Source: Candidatus Omnitrophota bacterium (GTDB lineage Bacteria > Omnitrophota > Gorgyraeia > JABMRG01 > JAFGKX01). From it: a stretch of 64,000 nucleotides of DNA. This document shows positions 36,407-46,301 of this stretch, one piece after another. Below the pieces are notes generated by a model, which saw only the letters and a program-made list of their open reading frames with translations, ran no database searches and was not told where the DNA came from. The stretch lies in NCBI GenBank assembly GCA_043797125.1, contig JAZDPX010000017.1, positions 23,340 through 87,339 of the forward strand. The letters are read 5' to 3'. A program made the position numbers and the translations under genes. Each line of letters opens with the position of its first letter. Positions within the stretch are counted from its first letter, which is position 1.

Positions 36407-39400
36407 ATGAAAATTATCAATTTTAAAAATATTTTGAAGTTATGCAGCATGCTGCTTGTTTTAACAATGTCGTTACCGCAACCTGCGTTTGCCTTAAAGT
36501 TATACGATTTAAGGCCCCGGGCGGCTGCGGAAGCAAAAACTGGCGAGCAATTTACCGCCATACTTGGCGAAGTTACCGATCGTCAAACAAAAGACATCAA
36601 GAACGATACGAAAATGTATTTAAGAAAGGCCGGGAATGAATTAAGGATTATTACAATATATTCACCGACACAAGAACAGCCAAGCGTCGAAGACCAGCTT
36701 AGGGAATATAACTCGATGAGGACAACAAGGCAGCTGCCGCCGCTTGAAGAACCGGATCTTCAGCTAGTAATAGGATTTGTCGAAGCGGTAAAGGCGTTTG
36801 TCCTACAATGCAAATCTTCAATCTCGCATCAGGACATTCAAGATTTCGGAATTAGGAAAACAAAAAAGGCCTTAACGGATGATATTGATGAAGTCAGGAT
36901 CGCCCTTGTAATTGACGAGTCCGGAACGCCTGCTGCTGATTGTAAAGACATTAAAGACAAAAAGATAATTCCTTTTGAGGACTCGCAGCCTTTCTTTGTG
37001 TATCTGGAAAGCGATGTGGAAGGTATTATGCCAATAGTTGTCGGTTCAGCGGGCACGCATGAATACAAGGGTTTTAGAACAACCCGCATGTATGAGCGCG
37101 GCGACGACCCTGAATCAATGTATCTGCCGCTTTCCTTATTCGCAAAGTACAAAGAACTCCATACTGAGGGCAAACAGGCATCTGTTGACACGATTATTCA
37201 TGAATACCTTGATATAAAAGCCAAAGAAGAAACAGGAATGCCTTATATAGTTCAGACAAGAATGAATGATGTTAATCTGGATATAGTAGATCAATGGAAA
37301 AAAGATCAGGAGGAAAAGCGAATAACGCAAACGGTGGCTAAAAAAGACCAATTCATTGCTGAAGAAAGGCACCTTAATCTGTCGCAGTTTTTCGCGCCAA
37401 AATTGAGCAAAGAAGGCGCGGTGCTTGCCAAGTCAGTTGCAGCCAATAAAATGAAAAAATATCTCAAGCAGCTTGTCAATGAAAAAGTGCTTGTGGATTA
37501 CAAGGTAATTGTTGCCGGCGACTGCCTGCATATATATACGACAAGGCGCAATAAGACCTTAAACCAGGATGCTATGCTGGTGAATAACCTGTTGACATTT
37601 GGTTTTATAGACGCGATTGATGAGGCTGATAATGAATCCCGGTTTTTTAACAAAGACCTTGTTGCAGAACTTAAGCTGATGGATTATACACAAGCTGTTG
37701 AGCGCATGCAGATAGTCGCAACCATGAAGCCGCTCATTTTTACAAACAGAAAAGCAGACCCCTTTGCGGTATTTATCGCCGCAAATGCTGACATTGGTTC
37801 ACATAACCTCGCGATATGGGAAATGCTGTGTAATCCAAACACAAACGCTGGGCTTACAATTGACCCTGCGGGCAACAGGGGCTATCTGATCGAGGTGTGG
37901 GACAGGGTTGATGACGTGATGTATAAGTTTGATTCAATAACTGAAAACCAAAAACTCAGAACCTTAATCTCAGAACCTCACAGGTATGTAATTGTAGCCG
38001 CATATACAAAAAAGGAACACAAAATACCCGAAGGCGAACCTATCTTGGCGGTATCCTGCAAAAGAATTTTTGACAAGAAAAACCAGGATGTCGTTGATGA
38101 TAACCCTGTTCTGATTGTCAGAGCGCAAAGCGGGCTGCCTGCCTGGGGCGAGGTATTGGAAGCTTATACAAAAGCATCGCCTTTGCTTACTTACGGAGGC
38201 AACAAGCACAGGGTTATGCAAGCCATGTGCCCTGTTACCGAAGAAGAGGCAATAAATGGATATATAGTTGTTGCTGACCGCGAAGACCCTTCTATCACAA
38301 GAAATGTTGAACTCGGCAAATTTATCGCTCCTGTGGTTGCTTTCGGATACCAGTCTCACCAGGGCAGGATAGGGCATAATGAGCCTGTTGTAGATAAGAC
38401 AGTAGAACTTGTAAGGCAAAACTCGCTTAAGTGGGACGCGCTTTGGAATTCTTTGCCAGCTTATATGTACAATGCGCTTATTGAGCCTTTAACAAGGCCC
38501 CACGCCTTTAACAGAAAAGATGACAATATACAGGTGCAGAAAAAGTTAGCAGAGAGGTTCTTTGCCACTCCAGGCCCAGTGGAAGATGAGGCCGGAAATA
38601 AAAAAATGGAGGTCATGAGCCCGATATTAACCAAAAAAGGCCTGACCGCAAGCAACATAAAGGTTGATATAGGCTCAGTTCCAGGCCATTTCAAGCCGCA
38701 CCCGAGCCTTTTTGATGGGGTGGAAGAAGTCGCGAAAATGGCTCAAGAACACGGCATAAACTTCGCCTTGAAGTTTTTGACAGAGGACGCGGTACAGCTC
38801 TATAAGGAGCTTACCGCTCGTTTTAAGGACGGTGAAGAATTCACGCCCGAGCAATGGGAAGAGGAATTCTCAAATGCAATGAAGGCTTTCATAGCAAACA
38901 ACAAACCCGAAAAAGGCGATGAGAAAATCGCAGATTTCAGAATATGGCACGCGGGCGATGATATACAGTTTACGATAATGCATAATTTAGGCGCAGAAAA
39001 TCCGCTCATACACAGGCTGGCATTTCACGCGTTTACATACGCGGCGGACAGAAATGAGCGTTCGCAGGTTTACGGCCACAAGCAGGACATACTTTTAAAC
39101 AAGCTTGTGTCAGGCAATGTTCAGGGCGCTGGCCCCGGTTATGCGGAAATAAACAACCTGAAAATAACAGACAGAGTCGTAATGCTCTCTGCCGATAAAA
39201 CAGCCCCTGGAGCTTTTACGGTTCCTTTATTAGCTTACAGCAGGTTAGCCATAGATAAGGGAAAGTTTAAGAACGGGCTTTTGGCTGAGATACAGGACAT
39301 CAACAACGCAAAATCTATATTCTTGGACCTCGCAAACGACGAGGACTTCCAGGACGCCGTTACGTTGTTAAGCGCGCCGGAAGAATTTGCCATAAAAAGG

Positions 39401-40522
39401 ATATGGACTACCACGCAAAAATGGGACAGGCAATCAGATGCACGCCTGGTGTTAGACAGAGTTGTTGCCGCCGCATCAACAGAAAGGCTAGTCAATGTCG
39501 CGGGCAAGTATGTAGGAAAAGATGATCCTACAATGCTTATCGTAATATCCGATGACGGATTCGCGGAAGATGACGTAATCGAACTTTACAAAAATCCTAT
39601 CTTAGCGTTAGGCTTTATGAGAGGCTCGCACTGCGGGCAGCTTACGCCGGATGTATTAGGAAAGGCATTGCCAAACAGGTTTGACGGCCCGCCGCCCTTA
39701 TGCGGAATGATAATCGACAATCTAAACGGCAAAGCCGGCAGCCTTGCAAAAGCAAGGGACGCCTTCAAGGGTAAGGCATGGCTTAAAGATATCCAGGAAA
39801 TAGCAAACTGGACTACCGAGATTTTAAGGAGGCAGGGTTTCATGCCGCCAGGCGTTGTTTCGGGCGAAGACAAAGAATACACGACAGCAAGAGAGGTCAT
39901 TGCCGCGCTTAAGGGCGAACGAAGGCATTATCCTGCTGACAATGGGGTTGAAGAGGCATATCGTTGGTCAGCGCCTGGCGTAATCAACTCGCAGGCAATA
40001 ACCTGGTTGGGGCAGATAAACCCGATAGCGGACAAGGCCTACAGCGCAAATAAGGACCTTAGAAGTGTTATTTCGGATAATGTAATAACAGAAAATCTTA
40101 AAAAAGGCTACGTTTTTACGGAAGACATTGTGTTTAACTATGGACTCGGGGCTTTACTGCCGGCCATAGCAAAACAGGTTGCGGAAGCCTCTAAGAGCAA
40201 AGTTACTGTAATTGCCCCAACAGGCGCGCAGAAACAGATGATAGATAAGTTAAATCAGGGCTTGGATCAGGAAAGCAGAATAATGGCTTTTGACACGGCT
40301 TCAGCAGCGGTGGAATATCTGCAGGAACAATCCATTCACAGCATCGATTATATTGCGCACGAAAACGACAACACAAAGCTGAACGTGCCTGATGGTATAT
40401 CTCTAACCAGAAAGGCTATCACAAATAGCATACTTAGAATGCTGGGCAAAATTGCTAAAGTTAGCGAACAGGATTACGTAGAAGCGTTCAAGCAAATACA
40501 CATAATATTGCAACAGCCGTAA
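36407..40522 (+). CDS. Giant (1371 aa) secreted protein of unknown function.
   Basis: Signal peptide ending '...PQPAFA'. Long uninterrupted ORF with RBS GGGGAAAAAAATG. No recognisable motifs. Confidence 0.5.
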   Translation: MKIINFKNILKLCSMLLVLTMSLPQPAFALKLYDLRPRAAAEAKTGEQFTAILGEVTDRQTKDIKNDTKMYLRKAGNELRIITIYSPTQEQPSVEDQLREYNSMRTTRQLPPLEEPDLQLVIGFVEAVKAFVLQCKSSISHQDIQDFGIRKTKKALTDDIDEVRIALVIDESGTPAADCKDIKDKKIIPFEDSQPFFVYLESDVEGIMPIVVGSAGTHEYKGFRTTRMYERGDDPESMYLPLSLFAKYKELHTEGKQASVDTIIHEYLDIKAKEETGMPYIVQTRMNDVNLDIVDQWKKDQEEKRITQTVAKKDQFIAEERHLNLSQFFAPKLSKEGAVLAKSVAANKMKKYLKQLVNEKVLVDYKVIVAGDCLHIYTTRRNKTLNQDAMLVNNLLTFGFIDAIDEADNESRFFNKDLVAELKLMDYTQAVERMQIVATMKPLIFTNRKADPFAVFIAANADIGSHNLAIWEMLCNPNTNAGLTIDPAGNRGYLIEVWDRVDDVMYKFDSITENQKLRTLISEPHRYVIVAAYTKKEHKIPEGEPILAVSCKRIFDKKNQDVVDDNPVLIVRAQSGLPAWGEVLEAYTKASPLLTYGGNKHRVMQAMCPVTEEEAINGYIVVADREDPSITRNVELGKFIAPVVAFGYQSHQGRIGHNEPVVDKTVELVRQNSLKWDALWNSLPAYMYNALIEPLTRPHAFNRKDDNIQVQKKLAERFFATPGPVEDEAGNKKMEVMSPILTKKGLTASNIKVDIGSVPGHFKPHPSLFDGVEEVAKMAQEHGINFALKFLTEDAVQLYKELTARFKDGEEFTPEQWEEEFSNAMKAFIANNKPEKGDEKIADFRIWHAGDDIQFTIMHNLGAENPLIHRLAFHAFTYAADRNERSQVYGHKQDILLNKLVSGNVQGAGPGYAEINNLKITDRVVMLSADKTAPGAFTVPLLAYSRLAIDKGKFKNGLLAEIQDINNAKSIFLDLANDEDFQDAVTLLSAPEEFAIKRIWTTTQKWDRQSDARLVLDRVVAAASTERLVNVAGKYVGKDDPTMLIVISDDGFAEDDVIELYKNPILALGFMRGSHCGQLTPDVLGKALPNRFDGPPPLCGMIIDNLNGKAGSLAKARDAFKGKAWLKDIQEIANWTTEILRRQGFMPPGVVSGEDKEYTTAREVIAALKGERRHYPADNGVEEAYRWSAPGVINSQAITWLGQINPIADKAYSANKDLRSVISDNVITENLKKGYVFTEDIVFNYGLGALLPAIAKQVAEASKSKVTVIAPTGAQKQMIDKLNQGLDQESRIMAFDTASAAVEYLQEQSIHSIDYIAHENDNTKLNVPDGISLTRKAITNSILRMLGKIAKVSEQDYVEAFKQIHIILQQP

Positions 40523-40537
40523 TCGACGCAAAGACAA

Positions 40538-40571
40538 AAAAAGCCCCCGCGAAATACGGGGGCTTTTTTTT
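40538..40571 (+). terminator. Rho-independent terminator.
   Basis: AAAAGCCCCCG-CGAAATA-CGGGGGCTTTTTTTT. Confidence 0.8.
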
Positions 40572-40590
40572 GGAACAGCCTTTTTTGGAT

Positions 40591-40619
40591 GTTGACGTCT
40601 TTTAACTTTGCTGCTATAA
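40591..40619 (+). promoter_or_regulatory. Sigma70 promoter: TTGACG, 17-nt spacer, TATAAT.
   Basis: Read directly from the sequence. Confidence 0.5.
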
Positions 40620-40630
40620 TACTAATTCTT

Positions 40631-41212
40631 ATGGAAACTAAAAGAGACGTGCAACAGGAACTTTTTGAGGAATTTTCGCAGCCTGCGAATACTAAAAGAA
40701 AAAGGCTAAGCCATGATACCGCCAAAAAGATATACACATTTACATTTTCAAACGAGCAAATGATTTTCGGATCCATAGGGTTTATTATCCTGCTTATAAT
40801 ATGTTTTTCTTTGGGCGTGGAAAAGGGAAAAAGGATAAACAGGGCTGTTCAGCCGCAGATAAAACAAGAACAAGCAGCTGTTATCCCCGCGCCGGAGAGC
40901 GCAATACCAGCGAAAAAAATAGAACCAATAAAAAGAGCGCCGCTCTTAAAAGCGGAACCGATAAAGCCTAAACAAGAGCCGGTGAAGCCTGCTGTTTCTG
41001 ATTATGTTGTCCAGTGCGCGGCGCATGCAAGTAAGGCCGGCGCAGAGAAAGAAAAGGCCTTGTTAGTAAACAACGGTTACCAGGCGCTGGTTATAGAGAG
41101 CGGTAAATATTTTGTCGTATATGCAACAGGGTTTTCAAACAAGGAACAGGCAAAGGCAGCCTGCGAAAAACTAAAAAGCAAATACAAAGATTGCTTTGTG
41201 AGGAGGAAGTGA
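40631..41212 (+). CDS. Membrane protein with a C-terminal SPOR (peptidoglycan-binding) domain.
   Basis: TM segment, Pro/Lys-rich linker, and 'YVVQCAAHASKAGAEK...YFVVYATGFSNKEQAKAA' SPOR pattern. The start was moved to the ATG after the promoter. Confidence 0.6.
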   Translation: METKRDVQQELFEEFSQPANTKRKRLSHDTAKKIYTFTFSNEQMIFGSIGFIILLIICFSLGVEKGKRINRAVQPQIKQEQAAVIPAPESAIPAKKIEPIKRAPLLKAEPIKPKQEPVKPAVSDYVVQCAAHASKAGAEKEKALLVNNGYQALVIESGKYFVVYATGFSNKEQAKAACEKLKSKYKDCFVRRK

Positions 41213-41213
41213 T

Positions 41214-41516
41214 ATGTCGCAGCATCCGAGTCTAAAAAGTAACGAATGGGGCAAGAAAAACCAAAGCGTTTTAAAGCGCCTTGAGAGGCTTATACAGCTT
41301 AAGAAACAGGATAAATGGAAAGAAGGTGATTCTGTTTTTGGCTTGCAAAAGGTTAAAATATTGAAGTTTAAGGTTAAAAAGGAAAAGAAAGAGGCAGCTG
41401 TCGAAGGTGCGGCCCCTGTTGAAGGCGCACCGGGAGCAGCTGCGCCTGCCCCTGGCGCCGCTGCGCCTGAAGCAGCAAAGACTCAAAAAACTACTGAGAA
41501 ACCTTCAAAAAAATAA
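41214..41516 (+). CDS. Small basic hypothetical protein with an Ala/Pro-rich tail.
   Basis: 100 aa with a 'HPSLKSNEWGKKNQSVLKRLERL' start. Confidence 0.35.
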   Translation: MSQHPSLKSNEWGKKNQSVLKRLERLIQLKKQDKWKEGDSVFGLQKVKILKFKVKKEKKEAAVEGAAPVEGAPGAAAPAPGAAAPEAAKTQKTTEKPSKK

Positions 41517-41535
41517 CTTAACTAAGAGGTTTGAT

Positions 41536-41856
41536 ATGTTGACATTCGAGGACTTCAAAAAGCTTGAATTAAAAACAGCGAAGATAGTTGATGTTAAAGA
41601 TCACCCGAACGCTGATAAGCTCTATGTTATTACTATTGATGTCGGGGGCGAGAAAAAAGATATAGTAGCCGGCATAAAAAGCTTTTATACGCCTGAAGAG
41701 TTAAAGGGGAGAAACGTAGTTATAGCAAATAACATTGAGCCTGCAATTATTAGAGGGGTTGAATCCAAGGCAATGCTGTTAGCCGCATCTTGCGCGGATG
41801 GCCTTTCGATTGTCACCCTTGACAGAGACATGCCTTCAGGCAGCACGGTAAAATGA
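41536..41856 (+). CDS. tRNA-binding (CsaA/Myf/EMAP-like) domain protein.
   Basis: 'LELKTAKIVDVKDHPNADKLYVITIDVGGE..IVAGI'. RBS AAGAGG. Confidence 0.7.
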   Translation: MLTFEDFKKLELKTAKIVDVKDHPNADKLYVITIDVGGEKKDIVAGIKSFYTPEELKGRNVVIANNIEPAIIRGVESKAMLLAASCADGLSIVTLDRDMPSGSTVK

Positions 41857-42482
41857 TTTTAAGCATGCTCTTTCAATTTGTAGTGCTTGCGCTCGCAATT
41901 ACTACGCACGAATTTGCCCATGGCTGGGTTGCGTACAAACTTGGCGACCCTACAGCAAAGTACGCAGGCAGGCTTACCTTTAACCCGCTTGCCCATATCG
42001 AGTTATTTGGAACAATAATACTGCCCATTACAATGGTTATGCTAAAACTTCCTCCAATAGGTTGGGCAAAACCTGTGCCGATTAATTTCCAGAGCCTGCG
42101 AAACCCAAAAAGAGACATGCTATGGGTAGGAATAGCAGGCCCGGGCGCCAATTTTTTAATTGCATTGCTTTTGTCATTGCTTTTAAGAATCCCTCAAATA
42201 AGGGAAATTGCATTTTTCATGCAGCTGTTAACGCTTGGCATATTCATGAACCTTATTTTAGCAATATTTAACCTTATACCTATTCCACCTTTAGACGGCT
42301 CGCGAATAATCGCATCATTGCTGCCCTGGCGCTATATGTTTATATACAACAGGATAGAGCCTTACGGCTTTTTTATAATTATCGGGCTTTTATGGCTTGG
42401 CGTATTAAGGACATTGATTCTTCCGCTTGTGATAAAATTGGCAATGCTGCTTGATGTTGTAAACCTAACGGGGGTATTATGA
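41853..42482 (+). CDS. M50-family site-2 protease-like membrane metalloprotease.
   Basis: 'HEFAHG' (HExxH) and 'NLIPIPPLDGSRI'. Confidence 0.75.
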   Translation: MILSMLFQFVVLALAITTHEFAHGWVAYKLGDPTAKYAGRLTFNPLAHIELFGTIILPITMVMLKLPPIGWAKPVPINFQSLRNPKRDMLWVGIAGPGANFLIALLLSLLLRIPQIREIAFFMQLLTLGIFMNLILAIFNLIPIPPLDGSRIIASLLPWRYMFIYNRIEPYGFFIIIGLLWLGVLRTLILPLVIKLAMLLDVVNLTGVL

Positions 42483-43573
42483 AAGTAATAAAAGTAAATC
42501 TTAAAGAAAGAAGCTACCCCATAATCATCGGTTTTGGCCTTTTAAACAAAGCGGGAAAATTTATTAAAAGAATACCTAACGTCAAAATTGCGCTAATCAT
42601 TACCAACAGCAAAATAAAACACCTTTACGGTAAAATTTTAGCAAACAGCCTTCAGTCAGCCGGTATAACGCCTTATTTTGCCTTAGTTGCGGATTCTGAA
42701 AAAAGCAAATCAATAAAGACATGGATACAGGTAATAAACAGGATAAGCAGAATTGATAAAGGAAAAGGCGTCGCTGTTATCGCCTTAGGCGGCGGAGTAA
42801 TAGGAGACTTATCGGGCTTTGTGGCAGCTACGTATAAAAGAGGCGTGCCATTGGTGCAGATACCTACCACGCTTCTTGCGCAGGTGGATTCAGCAATCGG
42901 AGGAAAAACCGCGATAGACCTTAGTTTTGGCAAAAATCTTGTCGGAGCTTTCTACCAGCCGAAAATGGTATTGTCTGATTTAGGCCTGATAAAGACTCTG
43001 CCCAAGCCCCAGATAAGAGCGAGCCTTGCTGAAATAATTAAATACGCAGTCATATTAGACAAACAACTATTTGTATATATAGAAAAAAATATCAAGAAAA
43101 TACTTGATTTGGACAAAAATTGCATTCTTAAGGTTATTTCTGCATGCAGCCGGCTTAAGGCAGATGTGGTGGCAGCTGATGAAAAAGAAACATCAGGCTA
43201 TCGCTCAATATTAAACTTCGGCCATACTATAGGCCACGCATTGGAGTCTTGCAGCTTGTACAGCAAGAACATGCCTCACGGAAAAGCAGTAGCAATTGGT
43301 ATGCTGTGCGCATGCGACATAGCCGTAACTAGCGGTCTTTTAAATATGGCCGATGCCAAAAGAATTGAAGCGCTAATAAAGAGGACAGGCCTTCCGACAG
43401 ATGCTACATCATGTTCGCCATCTAAGGCGCTTGCCGCTACTTCATTCGATAAAAAAATAATAGCCGGCGCAAAAAGATTTATACTGCCTGCGCGAATTGG
43501 GCACGCTCTTGTTTGCAGCAACATTCAAAAAGAATTAATAAAAAAAGCTATTTATTCAAGAGTGAAGGCTTGA
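42479..43573 (+). CDS. aroB: 3-dehydroquinate synthase.
   Basis: 'LGGGVIGDLSGF' and 'GGKTAIDL'. Confidence 0.8.
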   Translation: MKVIKVNLKERSYPIIIGFGLLNKAGKFIKRIPNVKIALIITNSKIKHLYGKILANSLQSAGITPYFALVADSEKSKSIKTWIQVINRISRIDKGKGVAVIALGGGVIGDLSGFVAATYKRGVPLVQIPTTLLAQVDSAIGGKTAIDLSFGKNLVGAFYQPKMVLSDLGLIKTLPKPQIRASLAEIIKYAVILDKQLFVYIEKNIKKILDLDKNCILKVISACSRLKADVVAADEKETSGYRSILNFGHTIGHALESCSLYSKNMPHGKAVAIGMLCACDIAVTSGLLNMADAKRIEALIKRTGLPTDATSCSPSKALAATSFDKKIIAGAKRFILPARIGHALVCSNIQKELIKKAIYSRVKA

Positions 43574-43599
43574 CATTTGCCATCACTTGTTATATTATT
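43571..43599 (+). promoter_or_regulatory. Sigma70-like promoter: TTGACA, 17-nt spacer, TATTAT.
   Basis: Read directly from the sequence. Confidence 0.45.
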
Positions 43600-43710
43600 A
43601 AGTAATGGGGACGGTTCACTCCCAAGATTGTGAAGTGTCCCCATTTATTTACTCCCACGCGATGGGGACATTTCACACGCTTGAGAGTGAACCGTCCCCA
43701 AAAAGGTTTA
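43600..43710 (+). ncRNA. Structured 5' leader with nested inverted repeats.
   Basis: GGGGACGGTTCACTC pairs with GAGTGAACCGTCCCC. Inside, TGTGAAGTGTCCCCAT pairs with ATGGGGACATTTCACA. Confidence 0.4.
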
Positions 43711-43715
43711 CGTAA

Positions 43716-44177
43716 ATGTATATAAGGTCATATAAAAAAGAAGATGCGCAATCAGTTAAAAATCTGATAACCTCAATAATGTCTCAGGAATTTAGTGATG
43801 AGCAAAAGGCATATCAATATAATGACCTGGATTCTATTGACCAGGCCTACGGCAGCGTAACTGAAAAATTCCTGGTAGCAAAAGAAGATTCAAGCGTTAT
43901 AGGCACGGTTGGGATTAAAGAAGACACAAAAAGTAACGCGCTTTTAAGAAGGCTTTTTGTTCACCCAAGCCACAGGGAAAGAGGCATTGGTTCCATGCTT
44001 GTAGATACGGCTTTGGATTTCTGCAAGTTAAGCGGATATAAATATGTAAATTTCAGGGCAACTTCAAAAATGAAGGCTGCCATAGATCTTTTGTGCAAAA
44101 AAAAGGGATTTATTGAAAAAGACCGCTGCTTTCTTGACGGGATAGAAATAATAAACCTATCATATAAAATCAAATAA
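43716..44177 (+). CDS. GNAT N-acetyltransferase.
   Basis: 'RRLFVHPSHRERGIGSMLV' acetyl-CoA-binding motif. Confidence 0.75.
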   Translation: MYIRSYKKEDAQSVKNLITSIMSQEFSDEQKAYQYNDLDSIDQAYGSVTEKFLVAKEDSSVIGTVGIKEDTKSNALLRRLFVHPSHRERGIGSMLVDTALDFCKLSGYKYVNFRATSKMKAAIDLLCKKKGFIEKDRCFLDGIEIINLSYKIK

Positions 44178-44178
44178 T

Positions 44179-45663
44179 ATGCGCGATAATTCAAAGATCA
44201 AAAGTGAGCTGGTACAGCTGTTATCCAAAAACCAAAGCTATATCGTATCAAGATGGGCCTCCCAGATACTAAAAGTCCCGGGTCATAAAAGGCACAAAGA
44301 TGTCGTGCCTGTAAGCAGGCATAAGGTAGGTATGACAAGGTTTTTTAAGCTTTTTATTTCTTTCTTAGACAATCAGCATGACGCCAGGGCATTAAAATAT
44401 CTGACTTCTCTTATTCTTGACGGTTTTTTAAGCATAAATACTGCCGAAGATGTAATTCACGGGCAAATGCTGCTGCGCAAGATAATCGCAGAGCTTCTGA
44501 TATCTAAATACAAGCATGATTTTGAAAAACTTTATCAGACCATAAGCATTGTAACGCAGGCTATTGATAAAAATATACTGCTTGTCTCGGCGGTATATAA
44601 AAAGAGGGATTTTGACAGGCTGCACACTTTGGTGAAATCAGGTAAAAAGCTGGTCGGAATAAAGGAGATGAACCACCTTTTAGAGGTAGCGGTTAACATC
44701 GCGGTTAAAGAATCGGATGCGGACAGAGGCTCTATCATGCTTTTGGATAACAGGAATATCCTTAAAATCAATGCATCCGTAGGAATACCTGAAAAAATAG
44801 CAGAAAGCGCAAAGGAATATTTAGGCAAGGGCATAGCAGGAACAGTTGCCAAGACTAACATGCCTATAATGATAAATAAAGGGCAGTTAGTTGATAAAGA
44901 TATAAAGAAGCACCTAAAGGGATTAAAAGCTGTTTCCGCCCTTACCATACCCTTGTCTACGGAAGGCTCTAACGTGCTGGGAGTGCTTAACGTAGTTAAA
45001 TACCCCGGCAAAGCGCTTTTTAATAAAAATGATCTTGAACTTTTATCTATTTTGGCATACGAAATAGCAACCTCAATAAAAAATTACCAGCTAAATCTAG
45101 AAACTGAAAGCTTATACATCGGGACTATTTTCGCTCTGGCAGCGGCATTAGACGCAAGAGACCATTATACGCACGGGCACTCAAGAAAAGTAGCGCGCTA
45201 CGCTGTGAGCGTTGCTAAAAGACTGAATATGCCAAAGCACCAGATAGCCATAATCCGCAGGGCGAGCCTCCTGCACGACATAGGAAAGATAGGAATACCA
45301 GATAAGATATTAAACAAACCTGCCAAGCTCACTAAAAAAGAATTCGAGATTGTTAAAACGCACTCTGTAATTGCACTCGATATATTAAAACCCATACCGC
45401 AGCTGCGCGATATTTTGCCGGCAGTTTACCACGAGCATGAACGTTACGACGGCAAAGGCTATGTCGCTGGTTTAAAAGGAGAGGCTATTCCTATTGAGGC
45501 AAGAATTATCGGCGTGGCAGATGCTTATGACGCTATGACTTCTGAGCGGCCGTACAGAAAAGCGCTTACTAAAAAAGAGGCTATTTGTGAACTTAAGAGA
45601 AATGCAGGCACTCAATTTGACCCAACGGTTGTAAAGGCATTTATCAGGACTGTTAACCAATAG
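44179..45663 (+). CDS. GAF plus HD-GYP protein, a paralog of 32346-33800.
   Basis: 'HDIGKIGIP' and 'HERYDGKGY'. Confidence 0.7.
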   Translation: MRDNSKIKSELVQLLSKNQSYIVSRWASQILKVPGHKRHKDVVPVSRHKVGMTRFFKLFISFLDNQHDARALKYLTSLILDGFLSINTAEDVIHGQMLLRKIIAELLISKYKHDFEKLYQTISIVTQAIDKNILLVSAVYKKRDFDRLHTLVKSGKKLVGIKEMNHLLEVAVNIAVKESDADRGSIMLLDNRNILKINASVGIPEKIAESAKEYLGKGIAGTVAKTNMPIMINKGQLVDKDIKKHLKGLKAVSALTIPLSTEGSNVLGVLNVVKYPGKALFNKNDLELLSILAYEIATSIKNYQLNLETESLYIGTIFALAAALDARDHYTHGHSRKVARYAVSVAKRLNMPKHQIAIIRRASLLHDIGKIGIPDKILNKPAKLTKKEFEIVKTHSVIALDILKPIPQLRDILPAVYHEHERYDGKGYVAGLKGEAIPIEARIIGVADAYDAMTSERPYRKALTKKEAICELKRNAGTQFDPTVVKAFIRTVNQ

Positions 45664-45665
45664 GC

Positions 45666-46301
45666 TTATTTTACCTTCAGTATTATTTCCTCGCTGTCTC
45701 TTTCAACGCGAACTTCATTAATACCGATTTTTACGATTTTTGCGCCTTCGATAATCTCGCCTTCCTTGCACAAAACATCATTAATGACGGCTATTGAACC
45801 GTTTTCGCTGTATGATATGCCTGATAAAATGAGCTCGCTCTTAGTCGTTTTGAAAAGTACAGGTTGTACTGTCGGCAAAGACGAGGCCCGGTCTGCCGGA
45901 GGTTCTTTTGCGGGTTTTGCTTGTGTTGAAGCCTTTTTTTGCGAAATGCTTTTAACTTTAGCTTTTACTTGTTCTTGAATCTTGGGCGGTATTAATGTTT
46001 TTATTTTAACTATAGCCTTGGATATGAAATCTGACGCCTGAGTATTATAATTGGTTAATAAATAATAACTGCCCGCTGAAAGAGAAAGCAATATAACTGC
46101 GATAACAGCAAAAACAAAATAATTCTTCTTAAGTTTATGCTCGGGCTGCTGATCAGGTTTTTGTAACGGCATTTTTTGCGGCTTTGCGGGTATGACTTTA
46201 TTTTCTAAATCGTTATTCTGTTCTTTCTGCTGAGAATCTGTTGTTTGGTCATCTTTTTTATAATTACCTGCCTTATTAAGGGCATCGTTTATTATGCTCA
46301 T
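45666..46301 (-). CDS. GspB/ExeB-like membrane protein, partner of the ExeA-like ATPase.
   Basis: Charged N-terminus, one TM segment, C-terminal beta domain. Coupled to the upstream ExeA-like gene. Confidence 0.4.
   Translation of the reverse strand: MSIINDALNKAGNYKKDDQTTDSQQKEQNNDLENKVIPAKPQKMPLQKPDQQPEHKLKKNYFVFAVIAVILLSLSAGSYYLLTNYNTQASDFISKAIVKIKTLIPPKIQEQVKAKVKSISQKKASTQAKPAKEPPADRASSLPTVQPVLFKTTKSELILSGISYSENGSIAVINDVLCKEGEIIEGAKIVKIGINEVRVERDSEEIILKVK

Noticed and set aside
41407-41535. Track start of the CsaA-like gene at 41407 (Arg/Leu-rich extension), and ORF 41271-41486(-).
   Set aside because: The extension overlaps the upstream small basic protein gene in another frame. A good RBS (AAGAGG) precedes the ATG at 41536. 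The minus-strand ORF is an antisense shadow.
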